This document shows positions 9,700 through 20,378 of a stretch of 64,000 bases of DNA, one piece after another. Numbering within the stretch: position 1 is the stretch's first letter; every line of letters begins with the position of its first letter. Below the pieces are notes generated by a model, which had not been told where the DNA came from, searched no databases, and saw nothing but the letters and a program-made list of their open reading frames with translations. The translations under genes were made by a program, and so were the position numbers. Source of the stretch: an uncultured bacterium. Its GTDB lineage: Bacteria > Oederibacteriota > PGYV01 > CAWJRG01. The stretch spans positions 32,001-96,000 of the forward strand of contig CAWJRG010000010.1 of assembly GCA_963845185.1 (NCBI GenBank), written 5' to 3'.

Positions 9700-10134
9700 C
9701 TATTGTTTATAAATTATAACCGAATTAAGGAAACATGCCGCATACCAGTGAGGCGAGTCAGGGAAACCGCCATATATTGTCTGTGAGGCAGTATTACTAA
9801 ATTGAATTGCTGTTGTTGTTGATACCCCATTGGCATAATAGTAGCCGTTATCCGTCACGGTTATATTTGCATTTTCCTTTAATGTGACTGTAAAACTATT
9901 ATTATTATCAAGAGGTACATCAGTACTTCCGGTAGTATTTACTGCTGTTTCCAAAAACTCCTGGCTCCTTGTTACTCCGGTATTTGAAGAAATTGTCGCG
10001 TCGATCCATTCTCCAGAATAATATGGTACTATGCCAGAATTATTCCATACTGTGACCTGAATGTTTTGGCCGCAACCAGAAAATAAAAAAATAAATATCA
10101 ATATTGTTCCGATTAAAAAAAGGCTCTTTTTCAT
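9700..10134 (-). CDS. hypothetical lipoprotein
   Basis: SD GGAGG, MKKS start, lipobox FSGC. Confidence 0.7.
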   Translation of the reverse strand: MKKSLFLIGTILIFIFLFSGCGQNIQVTVWNNSGIVPYYSGEWIDATISSNTGVTRSQEFLETAVNTTGSTDVPLDNNNSFTVTLKENANITVTDNGYYYANGVSTTTAIQFSNTASQTIYGGFPDSPHWYAACFLNSVIIYKQ

Positions 10135-10251
10135 CTTTAGCCTCCTGTATTTTTTAATATCCTTACAAAGATAATATAAACACAATTTTTACTCATTTTC
10201 AAGGAAAATTTGCCTATAATATTTCAAGCCGGAACTTGCCCGGACGTTTAC

Positions 10252-11388
10252 TCACTTATTTGCGGTAGTGGCCAATGTAACATTTGAATAGAATTCAACG
10301 GGCAAAGTGTGGATCATGCCTTCCTGCGGAGGAACTACATAATGCAGAACTCTTTTATATTTTATAATAAGATTATTATTTTCTGATTTAACTAAAAACT
10401 TCATCGTTTTAAAAAAATCAATATTATTAAAAGGCAATATAAATTTTACTTCAGCCTCCGATTTTTCTTTCATCCATATTTCATAGTCAATTATTTTTAA
10501 AAGATAATATTGTTTTTTGGTTTGTAGGTTTTCCATCGAATTGCCGGGATTATAATCAATGGCGCTTAAAGTAATGCTATCATACCTGCGTAACGCATCT
10601 TCTTTGTCGTTAAAATACAAATTTTTTATATTTTTCATTTTAATAAAAATTTCATTGCCCTGCCAATCTTCATTTAAAAGTTCTTTCGAATTTAGCGGTT
10701 GCCATTCAACCGGCTCTATAAAAGGGTCTTCTTCCTTGTATTCGCCTTTAAAGTCCATTATATACCATTTGCCTTTCCCTTCCGTATCAAGTGGCTTTAA
10801 AAAATATTCCACAATATAATGATCCCGCCACATTACAATCATGGCAGGTATCGAGTAATACCTTAAAAGTGTTACCGCTGCCCTGCACTTCTCAAGTAGG
10901 CATGCTGCCTGCCTGTTTAAAACTTCAGCGCCTTGCAAAAATAATTTATGTGGATTTGTCACGGATTTTTCATTTGCTTCCGAATTATTAATATTATCTT
11001 TCACAAAATTGTAAACAAGCCCGGAAACATAATATGCGTTTTTTTTGCGGTATTCAGGAAGGCTTGAAATTATCAGATCCGCCTTTTCTTTAACTGTTTT
11101 ATTAAGATAATCGAAATATGGGGCAGAAAAAATGAATTCTCTTACACTTAAAGGAAATGTTTTTATAATTCTATACCCAAATTTCGGTTTAGAGGCATTT
11201 TTCTTGTTTTCTGCTTTTATTAAAAGATAAATTTTAAAATTATATTTTTGTATATCGCTGATATTAACAGGTGTAAAAGTCGCAGGTATATATATTGGGG
11301 TTGCCTCTGCTGCCAGTGAAACGGCAACAACAAAAACCGCTAAAAAATAAAATATAATTTTTTTTATATTTTGAAATTTATTTTGCAT
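10252..11388 (-). CDS. secreted protein with possible transglutaminase-like Cys-His-Asp domain
   Basis: Signal peptide; AC...C.A..LLR...IPA, H.IVE, W..MD pattern. Confidence 0.55.
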   Translation of the reverse strand: MQNKFQNIKKIIFYFLAVFVVAVSLAAEATPIYIPATFTPVNISDIQKYNFKIYLLIKAENKKNASKPKFGYRIIKTFPLSVREFIFSAPYFDYLNKTVKEKADLIISSLPEYRKKNAYYVSGLVYNFVKDNINNSEANEKSVTNPHKLFLQGAEVLNRQAACLLEKCRAAVTLLRYYSIPAMIVMWRDHYIVEYFLKPLDTEGKGKWYIMDFKGEYKEEDPFIEPVEWQPLNSKELLNEDWQGNEIFIKMKNIKNLYFNDKEDALRRYDSITLSAIDYNPGNSMENLQTKKQYYLLKIIDYEIWMKEKSEAEVKFILPFNNIDFFKTMKFLVKSENNNLIIKYKRVLHYVVPPQEGMIHTLPVEFYSNVTLATTANK

Positions 11389-13297
11389 TTACCTTACTCT
11401 CATTATTAATATAATAGCATATAAAATTAATCTCTCCTGTGTATGGATTTTTATGGTCTTCTCTTATGGCATCCGGGTATTTTTTCCTTATACTTGTTTC
11501 ATATAATATATCCGTAGGTCTTATTATAAAAAGCAAGCCTTTTTTTCCGATATATTCATTTTTATTAATTTCTTTTATATTGTCGCCAAGCATATAAAAA
11601 GTACCTTTCCCATAAGTCAAAAAATTTGTTATGACTTGCTGTTCCGCTGAATAAAAAGAATACATGTTTCTTGCAGGTGACAGGAATATATAATAATTAT
11701 CTATATGTGCATTTATACTTTGCGATATTTCATTAGCCTCCGGTGAAAAAGATATATATGTGGAGCTTGCTGTCCCATAAAGGAAAAAATATCTATATAT
11801 ATTTAATACCGCTGCCATTATTACTATTGCAGCAAGTACTATTGATAAATAAAAGTTATTTTTGTTTAATTTTTGCAGCATATTTTTTATATTGATTAAA
11901 GCCACTGCTATCAATATATATATGGCAGGTATTATCGCTATGGTTCTGTATGCCTGTGGCGCTTCTATCGACACTGTCATTATGCCTGGCAGTAGCATTA
12001 CTAAAAACCAGAATAAATAAAGGTAGTATTGTGTATTGAAAAGTGCTATTAAAAATCCTGCTATAAGCAGCACTCCACTCACATTGTCTAGCATTGGCGA
12101 TTTTGAAAGATTATGCCTGCCATTGTAGTCACCTTCATAATTAAACATTAAAAAGTGCTTTTCGACGTTACTTATAACCGGAGCTATGCTCTTTGATTTC
12201 GCAATATCGTTTGTAATGCTTACATCTCTTGCTCTTTGTGTAAATTCCAGGTAATTATTTTTCGCATAGTTTAAAAGCGGTATAACGATTATAAACGCCA
12301 AAGTCGCCATAAATAAAAAATTTCTAAGATAAATTTTAATAAATACATTTTTATCTTTAAACATAAGGTAAATAGAATATAAAATTACAATAAAAGGTAT
12401 AAAGTAAGCAGCGCTAAAAGTATAAAGACTTATACCCATGGCAATACCGGCCATTGCAGCGTTTGCTATTTTGTTTTCCTGTGTCATCTTTAAATAAAAA
12501 TAAAAGAAAATAATTTCAATAAATATGGTCTGCATTCCGAGAAAGGCTACTCTTGAAAAATTTATGTGCCATTCTGATGTCGCCATCATTAAAGATGCGG
12601 CAAAAGCTATTCTGTAATCCTTAAAAATGTACCTCAATAAGAAATAAAAAGCTACGATGCTGAAAGAACCGAGTAGTATTGATACAAGTCTTAATGAAAA
12701 AATATTGATGCCGAATATCTTTGATAAAAAAGCTGCAAAATAAAAATATAGTGCCGGCATTTGTGTCAGTCTCGGAATAAATACAGGCAGATTGTCAGAT
12801 CCCATTAAAGTAATTAATTCATTGCCGTTTTGAGCTTCATCAAACCATACCCCAGGTGGTATATCATTAATTCTGTAAATGCGCATAATAAAGGCCAATA
12901 TAAAGAGTATTATAACACCTAAGATTTCATGGTTAACATAAAATTCCTTCTTGATAATGTTTTCCTTTTTATTTACAAAAAATGAAATTATATAAAAAAC
13001 CATAGCCGATAAAACAAGTATGATTGCATAGCTTAAATAGTTGAGGTTATTTAAAGAAAATACATATTGCGCAGCAGATATAGAAGCTAGTGTTATGACA
13101 AATCCTATGATATAAAATAAATCTCTTTTTTCAATCTTTAGGTCATTCTCTATATAAAAAAATAAAGGCAACAGTATAAGATAGATTAAAAAATCATTGT
13201 AATTAACACGCTCTTTAAAAAATATTATGGCAGTCACAATTATGATAATAGATATATAAAAAGCCAAAAAATATTTTTTACTAATTTTTAGCATCAT
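11378..13297 (-). CDS. GT-C (ArnT/PMT-like, family 39) membrane glycosyltransferase
   Basis: PPGVWFDE motif, many TM helices, WHINFSR. Confidence 0.85.
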   Translation of the reverse strand: MMLKISKKYFLAFYISIIIIVTAIIFFKERVNYNDFLIYLILLPLFFYIENDLKIEKRDLFYIIGFVITLASISAAQYVFSLNNLNYLSYAIILVLSAMVFYIISFFVNKKENIIKKEFYVNHEILGVIILFILAFIMRIYRINDIPPGVWFDEAQNGNELITLMGSDNLPVFIPRLTQMPALYFYFAAFLSKIFGINIFSLRLVSILLGSFSIVAFYFLLRYIFKDYRIAFAASLMMATSEWHINFSRVAFLGMQTIFIEIIFFYFYLKMTQENKIANAAMAGIAMGISLYTFSAAYFIPFIVILYSIYLMFKDKNVFIKIYLRNFLFMATLAFIIVIPLLNYAKNNYLEFTQRARDVSITNDIAKSKSIAPVISNVEKHFLMFNYEGDYNGRHNLSKSPMLDNVSGVLLIAGFLIALFNTQYYLYLFWFLVMLLPGIMTVSIEAPQAYRTIAIIPAIYILIAVALINIKNMLQKLNKNNFYLSIVLAAIVIMAAVLNIYRYFFLYGTASSTYISFSPEANEISQSINAHIDNYYIFLSPARNMYSFYSAEQQVITNFLTYGKGTFYMLGDNIKEINKNEYIGKKGLLFIIRPTDILYETSIRKKYPDAIREDHKNPYTGEINFICYYINNESKVNAK

Positions 13298-13311
13298 TTA
13301 CCTCTTATTTT

Positions 13312-16300
13312 TTAAAAAAGGACTGTCTGCTCAGTCTGTGGCAACCCTTTTGCGAAGCCATTGTCCTGTATAAATTTTGAAACATTTTTATTTATTTTTG
13401 TCCTTTTAACCATATCTTCCATTGAGGAAAACTTGGCTTTGCATCTTTCTTTTATAACAGCATCAGCAACTTTTAATCCAAGCTCCGGTATTATGGTTAA
13501 TGGCATTAAGATTTTACCTTCTTTTACCTTAAATATGTTCGCTTCTGATTCATATATATCTATATTTGACAATTCACCGCCCCTTTCTTTCATTTCCATC
13601 ACTACTTCCATTACTTCAAGAGCGGCAGCTTCTTTTGGTTCAAGATTTTTTTTCATTTTAAGTTCTTTAATTGAAATATACAATTTGTCTATGTCGCTGA
13701 AAGCAAATTCATATTTAAAATCCGTCACATTCCTGTTAAAAAAATCCGCATAGAAATAAAGAGGGTGGTACATTTTAAAATATGCTATTTTAAAAGACAG
13801 TATCGCATAAGCTACAGCATGCGCTTTTGGAAACATATATTTTATTTTTTCACATGATTCTATATACCATTCCGGCACTTTGTTTTTCCTCATTTCGTCC
13901 TTTTCCTCCGCAGATAACCCTTTGCCTCTTCTTACTTTCTCCATTATATTAAAGGCTTTTTCTTTCGATAGACATTTATTGATCAAAAAATTCATTATAT
14001 CGTCCCTTACCGATATGACCTCTTTAAGAGTTGCTTTCTTTGCCTTTATCAATTCTTCGGCGTTGTTTCTCCACACATCCGTACCGTGGGATAGACCTGC
14101 TATGTATATAAGTTCGCTGAAAGTTTTTGGTTTTGTCGCCGCAAGCATTCCTCTTACGAATTTTGTACCATATTCAGGTATGCCGAGTGTCCCCACCGGA
14201 TAATCATATTTCTTTTCGTTTACCCCAAGAACTTTAATGTCACTAAAAAGCTTCATGGTTTTTTTATCATCCAGAGGAATATCTTCAACATTGATTTTTA
14301 ATACTTCACATAATCTTTTTAAACTTGTTGGACCTTTATGCCCAAGTGCATCAATTTTCACAAGAGCATCGTGCATAAAGTCATATTCAAAATGGGTCAC
14401 TATCACATCTTTTTCCTTTGAATCTGCTGGATATTGCACCGGGGTAAAATCATATATTTCCCTATTCTCTGGGATTAGTATTATCCCGCCAGGATGTTGC
14501 CCTGTAGTCCTTTTTATGCCCATGCAACCGCGCGCTAGTCTCTCAATTTCAGCTTTCTTCGCAGTCCTGCCTTTTTTCTCCATATATTTATTAACAAAAT
14601 CCCTTTTAGCTGCTTTCAATTTTATGGTATTGATTGTTCCGCATCTGTATACTTTTCCTTTTCCCCAAAACTCTTCCACAAAATCGTGAATTCTGTCCTG
14701 GTATTCGTCTGAAAAATTAAGGTCTATATCCGGTATTTTATCACCCTTAAACCCCAGGAATGTTTCAAATGGTATGTTAAAACCTTCCTTGCTCATTTTT
14801 TCTCCGCATATGGGACAATTTTTATCTTTCAAATCAACACCTATAAAGCCCTCCTGTGTCAACTCAAAATGTTTGCATTGCTTGCATATGTAATGTGGTT
14901 CCAGCGGGTTTACCTCGGAAATACCGCATAAAAATGCCACCAGTGACGAGCCGACCGACCCCCGAGACCCGACTATATACCCATCCTGTAGTGATTTATC
15001 CACCATTTTTTTTGCGATCAGATAAAGCACGGAAAAATTATGTTTGATAATAGCGTCCAGCTCCCTTTTTATCCTCTCTTCAACCTGATCCGGAATTTTT
15101 TGTCCGTATATCTTCCGCGCATTCTCCCATGTTATTCCTACAATCTGGTCATCCGAATCCGCGATATAGGGAGGCGCAAATTCTTCAGGTATGGGATTTA
15201 TCCCCGCATCAATCATTTTCTCTATTCGTTCGGGATTCTTAATCACGACTTCGTAAGAATTGTCTTCGCCCAGATATTTGAATTCCTCGAGCATTTCGTT
15301 GGTAGTCCTTAAATAAAGATTTGCGCTTTCTTGGCCTTCTATCTCGTCAAACCCTTGCGATAAAAGCAATACTTCCCTGTAGATTTTATGTTCTTCCGAC
15401 AGGTAATGTACATCTCCTGTAGCTACAACAGGCTTGTTATATTTTTTCCCGTATTCAAATATTTTTATGTTTATTGCTTTTATCCCCTCAGTTGATTCAA
15501 CTTTCCCTTCTCTTACAAGGAATTTATTATTATCAATAGGTTGGATCTCAAGATAATCGTAAAAATCTATTATCTCCCTTATTTTCTCTTCCCCCTTATT
15601 ATTTAATATAGCCTGGTACAATTCCCCGAGGTAACAGGCGGTTCCAAGTATCAAACCATCCCTGTGTTTTATGAGTTCAAATCTCGGTATGCGCGGTTTT
15701 TTATAAAAGTAATTCAAGTGTGCAAGAGATACGAGCTTATATAAATTCTTCAAGCCTTGTTTATTTTTTACAAGTAAAATAATATGGTTTGGTTTGTTTG
15801 TCTTGTCCGCTCTTATGTCGTCTACAATATAGCCCTCAAGCCCCAAAATTAGTTTTATTCCTTGTTTTTGTGCAATCTTATACGCTTGCGGATAAACATG
15901 AACAACACCATGGTCGGTAATTGCGGCTGCTTTATGCCCCCACCGCGCCGCGGTTTTAATATAATCTTCCACATCCATTACCGCATCCATAGCGCTCATT
16001 TTCGTATGTGCATGAAGTTCTATCCTTTTCACCTGTGAAATATCTTGTTTTTGTTCCTTTGTTATCTTTTGTATTTGTCTTAATCTGCCGGTTATTTCTT
16101 CTTCTCTTTCGTCATATTTGACTTCAACAACGGCGCGTGCATATGAAATATTTTTAATTTCGTTTATAAGCGCGTCGTCTTCGTCCAAAAAAGTAAAACA
16201 TTTTAGTGTGTCTATTTCATTAGTGATATACAATGTCATAATCACATAGCTGTTTCCGCCCGAACCTTCCTTAGTTACTTTCCTTTTATATTCCTCGTCA

Positions 16301-16959
16301 AGAAAAACCCTGCCCTCAATAACATATTTACCCTGCTCTATTATATTTTCTATCGGAGTCACATTTTCTTCTTTAATATTCGGCTTTAATATTTTACTTT
16401 CTTGGTTTGTTTTAATTGAAACTATTTTTGTCTGACTCGGTCGCAAATAAGAATAATTAATTTCCATGGCTTCTTTTAATACTTTGATATCCGGATCGAA
16501 TTTAAAAAAAGCCCTTATTTTTTTGAATATTTCTTTTGATATTTTCTCATCTAAAAGATTTTTGTAAATAAAATCGTTATTGCATGCTATAAACACTGTA
16601 TTTTCATACGCTTTTACTTTGGTATTTTCAAGCCATATTTTAGCATTCGTATCTTCATTTAAAAAAAGGCCCCAGTAATTATTTATCAATTTTTCCCGTG
16701 GTATATCGTCGGAAAATTCTGTAGTTATTTTTGTTTGTTTGCCAGTTTCAATGTCCAAATAATTTCTTAATTTGTCCAAAATTTCGGTTGAAATAATATC
16801 TTTCAAAACTACATTTACTGTGATTTTATCTTCGGCTTCAGAAAACTCGACAGTCTTTATTTCAATTGTCTCTGCTGAATCATCCAGTCCGATTTCATGT
16901 ATGATATTCTTGATAATTTCCCGTGTTTTATCTTTTCCAATATTTAAGATATATGTCAT
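13312..16959 (-). CDS. polC: DNA polymerase III alpha, PolC type, without the DEDDh exonuclease insertion
   Basis: RIELHAHTKMSAMD PHP, GSRGSVGSS, Zn finger CKQC...CPIC, IPFETFLGFKGDKIPDIDLNF, KRTTGQHPGG, KIKYMFPKAHA. Confidence 0.95.
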   Translation of the reverse strand: MTYILNIGKDKTREIIKNIIHEIGLDDSAETIEIKTVEFSEAEDKITVNVVLKDIISTEILDKLRNYLDIETGKQTKITTEFSDDIPREKLINNYWGLFLNEDTNAKIWLENTKVKAYENTVFIACNNDFIYKNLLDEKISKEIFKKIRAFFKFDPDIKVLKEAMEINYSYLRPSQTKIVSIKTNQESKILKPNIKEENVTPIENIIEQGKYVIEGRVFLDEEYKRKVTKEGSGGNSYVIMTLYITNEIDTLKCFTFLDEDDALINEIKNISYARAVVEVKYDEREEEITGRLRQIQKITKEQKQDISQVKRIELHAHTKMSAMDAVMDVEDYIKTAARWGHKAAAITDHGVVHVYPQAYKIAQKQGIKLILGLEGYIVDDIRADKTNKPNHIILLVKNKQGLKNLYKLVSLAHLNYFYKKPRIPRFELIKHRDGLILGTACYLGELYQAILNNKGEEKIREIIDFYDYLEIQPIDNNKFLVREGKVESTEGIKAINIKIFEYGKKYNKPVVATGDVHYLSEEHKIYREVLLLSQGFDEIEGQESANLYLRTTNEMLEEFKYLGEDNSYEVVIKNPERIEKMIDAGINPIPEEFAPPYIADSDDQIVGITWENARKIYGQKIPDQVEERIKRELDAIIKHNFSVLYLIAKKMVDKSLQDGYIVGSRGSVGSSLVAFLCGISEVNPLEPHYICKQCKHFELTQEGFIGVDLKDKNCPICGEKMSKEGFNIPFETFLGFKGDKIPDIDLNFSDEYQDRIHDFVEEFWGKGKVYRCGTINTIKLKAAKRDFVNKYMEKKGRTAKKAEIERLARGCMGIKRTTGQHPGGIILIPENREIYDFTPVQYPADSKEKDVIVTHFEYDFMHDALVKIDALGHKGPTSLKRLCEVLKINVEDIPLDDKKTMKLFSDIKVLGVNEKKYDYPVGTLGIPEYGTKFVRGMLAATKPKTFSELIYIAGLSHGTDVWRNNAEELIKAKKATLKEVISVRDDIMNFLINKCLSKEKAFNIMEKVRRGKGLSAEEKDEMRKNKVPEWYIESCEKIKYMFPKAHAVAYAILSFKIAYFKMYHPLYFYADFFNRNVTDFKYEFAFSDIDKLYISIKELKMKKNLEPKEAAALEVMEVVMEMKERGGELSNIDIYESEANIFKVKEGKILMPLTIIPELGLKVADAVIKERCKAKFSSMEDMVKRTKINKNVSKFIQDNGFAKGLPQTEQTVLF

Positions 16960-17000
16960 TTGCCTTCCTTGTGATACTTTATGTTAACTCTGTATATTTT

Positions 17001-18869
17001 TTACTTGTTAAAAAGATTTTGTAGTTTTTTTACAGCAGAATTTTTTCCCTGGCTTTCTATTTGTTTATTTATGGCGGATTCAGCGTTGGTAATGTCGTTT
17101 TGTGTACCGTTGACTTTACCGTTATCCGCGCTTAGCTGTTTTTGAATATCGCCCTTGTCCCCGTCAACATCTTTCAAAAGGCCTTTACTTTCGTCTTTAA
17201 TCTGGCTTCCTATTTCCTTGCTTATTTTGTCTTTTGCATCCGAAACTTTTTTGCCGTAAATTCTGTTTAAACTGCTTTTTATTCTGTCCGCAATATCGCT
17301 GTCAAAGCTCATGCTGAGTCCTGTGTTCTTCTGCACAACATGAAACCCGATTTTCATTTTATCAATGCCGCTGACAGCCTGGTACACAACATCGCTTGAA
17401 TCCTGCTTGTCAAATTGCACGCCTGACAATAGAATGTTGCCGTTTATTGATATTATCTTTTCCATATTCTTTATTTCAGCGGATGTATCCATATTTGCGT
17501 TTTTTAACTTGATATTGCCGTAATCCACCTTGTCAAGCCCCGCAGTTGAAGCTGGCATTTTTGTTGTACTCATAGTTATTGTATCGTTAATCTCGTCAAT
17601 ATGGTTTATATCCCCTTTCATTATCATTCCCATGCCGGATTTTTCAGCATAAAGGTTAAAAGTTATCGGTCTCCCGATAACAGCCTGTTCTGTTGTAATA
17701 TCGTCGATTTCACCTTTTACAAGATACTGGCTCGCGTCTGCCTTTTCTGTGGAAATTACTACTTTTTTAATCCAGAAAGTCGGGTATGCGCTGCTAACAA
17801 AAACTATATCCCTGCCGTGTATTCTCTTCTTCTCAATAATTTTTTCTTTTTTGCCCTTTTTCTGGCTTTTGGGGATGTATTTGTTTATAAGGTTCAGTAA
17901 ATCCATTATTTTGGTAATCCTGTCGTACCATATGGGGCCTATCAGTGATTTTTCAATGCTTGATGCGTTTAATATCTTTACGTTAAAATTTCCCAAGACA
18001 TTCTGCACGTCCTTTTCTTTTGCCTTTTCTATATCATTTGACAGTCCTTTAGAATAATCGTAAAAATCCTGCGCATCATTTTTTTCAGTTTCCAGGTCCT
18101 TTTTTAAAGATTCCACCTCTGTCTTCATTTTGCCCAGTTCCTGCAGTTTTGCCTGGGCCGCAGGTATATCGCTTGCGCTGTTGACCTTTACTCCTTTGAT
18201 GTCCCCAATTTCCGACTCTAAATTTTTTGTCGTGGCGTCAATGTTGATATTTTTCATGTCAGAAGACGTTTTATCCTTTTTATCCTTTAATTTCTGTTCT
18301 GAATCCTTTATAAGCTTGTAGGATTCCAGGTTTTCCTTCTTTATGTAACTTTTATAGTCTATATTTTTGAGTTTATCTCCAAGCTCATTGCTTTTTGATA
18401 CAGGCATTTTTTGCACATCGGTTTTGGCCTTATTATCAATAGCGTCTTTCATTTTATCAGTCGGTGCATTTTTGTCCTCCTGCTGTTTTTCAATCTTTTG
18501 AACCTTCCCGGGCGGAAGAAATCCTGATATTTTCCTGTCTGTTCCAATGGCAAGGTTTATTACATTTATATTGTCGAAAATAAATTTTCTTTTTAACATA
18601 GGCGTAAAAATATATTTTATTTCTATTTTTTGAGCCTGCCATAAGTTCTTAAATTCATGGTTTTTATCCGCAACTGTCAGATTTTCAATCAAAATCTGAG
18701 ATTTTAAGACTTGTATATCCACCTTCTCAATCTCTACTTTTGACTTGAACATATTTTCTCCCGCGGCCACAAGCCCCATCTTAACAAGCATATTAAGGAA
18801 GAATACGTTAAATACTATTATTAAAGCAAGTGCTATTGCCGTTGCAGCAACGCCGTGTTTTCTTATCAT
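17001..18869 (-). CDS. TIGR03545-family protein
   Basis: N-terminal TM, AsmA-like start, long coiled coil, GRDIVF..YPTFWIK; paired with TIGR03546-like gene. Confidence 0.75.
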   Translation of the reverse strand: MIRKHGVAATAIALALIIVFNVFFLNMLVKMGLVAAGENMFKSKVEIEKVDIQVLKSQILIENLTVADKNHEFKNLWQAQKIEIKYIFTPMLKRKFIFDNINVINLAIGTDRKISGFLPPGKVQKIEKQQEDKNAPTDKMKDAIDNKAKTDVQKMPVSKSNELGDKLKNIDYKSYIKKENLESYKLIKDSEQKLKDKKDKTSSDMKNINIDATTKNLESEIGDIKGVKVNSASDIPAAQAKLQELGKMKTEVESLKKDLETEKNDAQDFYDYSKGLSNDIEKAKEKDVQNVLGNFNVKILNASSIEKSLIGPIWYDRITKIMDLLNLINKYIPKSQKKGKKEKIIEKKRIHGRDIVFVSSAYPTFWIKKVVISTEKADASQYLVKGEIDDITTEQAVIGRPITFNLYAEKSGMGMIMKGDINHIDEINDTITMSTTKMPASTAGLDKVDYGNIKLKNANMDTSAEIKNMEKIISINGNILLSGVQFDKQDSSDVVYQAVSGIDKMKIGFHVVQKNTGLSMSFDSDIADRIKSSLNRIYGKKVSDAKDKISKEIGSQIKDESKGLLKDVDGDKGDIQKQLSADNGKVNGTQNDITNAESAINKQIESQGKNSAVKKLQNLFNK

Positions 18870-19369
18870 TATTTTTTACCTCTTTTCTCTATAAATTGCC
18901 CTACTGAAAGTATCTGCATAATTTTCAGTTTTTGGAGTTTCTCCTGCCAGTTTTTCCTGTAAAAAACAATGAAACTTCTTGTTCCCATCCAGGCCAAAGG
19001 CGTAATTATGACCCCGATGAGAAAGTCGCCTATTACAACAGTATTGTTAAATCTTGTATATGGTATTATCGGCAGTGCCGATAGCCACTTCCACAAAGGG
19101 ACTAAAAAATCCGCTGTAAGCACGCCGTATCCCAGCTTGTCGCCGACAGGGTCAATGAGGAATGCCAGCAATTTAAAAAATACTGTTGAAAGCGCAAACA
19201 TCCCAGAGTTTACATTCAAAAGCACAATTAAAAGAAAAACAAAAACAAAATTAAATGGCGCTATCGCGAAAAACCCCGCAAAAATACCAAGCACAACTCC
19301 AAGGCAGATTTCTTCCGGTTTCTTGTTTGAATTTAAGATACTCAAAATGTTTGAAATAATTTGAAACAT
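18869..19369 (-). CDS. TIGR03546-family membrane protein
   Basis: LNSN..P.EI.LG, LNVN, TRFNNTVVIG. Confidence 0.8.
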   Translation of the reverse strand: MFQIISNILSILNSNKKPEEICLGVVLGIFAGFFAIAPFNFVFVFLLIVLLNVNSGMFALSTVFFKLLAFLIDPVGDKLGYGVLTADFLVPLWKWLSALPIIPYTRFNNTVVIGDFLIGVIITPLAWMGTRSFIVFYRKNWQEKLQKLKIMQILSVGQFIEKRGKK

Positions 19370-19511
19370 TTTCCATCCTCCTTAAAATAGTATTTCTGCA
19401 TATACCTACTTAAACCTTCGGAATCATTGATTAAAGATCTTCGATAATCTTAAAAATCAGGAATTACAGTGCAATCTCCGGTTTAATAATTATAATTTCC
19501 CGAGGCACTTA

Positions 19512-20378
19512 TTAAATTTTAAATATTTTTTTTATTTCCTTTTTCAGATTTTTTTTCATTTCCTTTTGCATGCTGGCATATCTCAATATTGCAAGCACAT
19601 AGCTGTATTTATTTCCCGTGTCGCATCGCAAACCGTTGAATTCATACGCAAGCAGTCCCTCCTGTTTCATCAATATTTTCAGTGCATCCGTAAGTTGTAT
19701 TTCGCCCCTGGCGCCGGGTTTTGTTTTGCGTATGTATTTAAAAATGTTCGAAGGCAAAATATACCTGCCGACGATTCCCAGGTTGGAAAAAGCTTTTTTT
19801 ATCTGCGGCTTTTCAATCATGTCTTTTACCTCATATAAGTTCTTGCTTATTGGCAGCGGTTTTATTATGCCGTAATCGCTTATTTTTTTCTTTTCAATCC
19901 TTTCAACGGCTATAACCGCTTTTTTGTATGTTTCAGAAATTTTACTCATTTGCCCCATTACCGGTTTTTTTGAAAATATAAGATCGTCAGGCAGAAAAAC
20001 CGCAAACCCCTCATTGCCCACAAAATCTTCTGCATAAAGTATGGCATCGCCGAGTCCCCTTGCTTCCTTTTGCCTTACAGAGTATATTTTAAAATTTTCA
20101 GGCACTCTTTTTAGCTGCGCCAGCAAATCTGTTTTTTTGTTTTTTCTTAAATAGTATTCAAGATAAAAATTTTTGTCAAAATAATCCTCAATACTGTATT
20201 TTTCCTTTGATGTAATGAATAATATACTTCTTATTCCCGAATTAAGAGCTTCCTCAACTATAAATTGTATGGCAGGCAGATCTATAATAGGGAGCATTTC
20301 TTTTGGTATTGCCTTTGTGTATGGCAGAAATCTTGTACCCAACCCTGCAACCGGTATAATTGCTTTGCGTATTTTCAT
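19512..20378 (-). CDS. galU: UTP-glucose-1-phosphate uridylyltransferase
   Basis: KAIIPVAGLGTRFLP.TKAIPKEMLPI, VRQKEARGLG, GEIQLTDA. Confidence 0.96.
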   Translation of the reverse strand: MKIRKAIIPVAGLGTRFLPYTKAIPKEMLPIIDLPAIQFIVEEALNSGIRSILFITSKEKYSIEDYFDKNFYLEYYLRKNKKTDLLAQLKRVPENFKIYSVRQKEARGLGDAILYAEDFVGNEGFAVFLPDDLIFSKKPVMGQMSKISETYKKAVIAVERIEKKKISDYGIIKPLPISKNLYEVKDMIEKPQIKKAFSNLGIVGRYILPSNIFKYIRKTKPGARGEIQLTDALKILMKQEGLLAYEFNGLRCDTGNKYSYVLAILRYASMQKEMKKNLKKEIKKIFKI

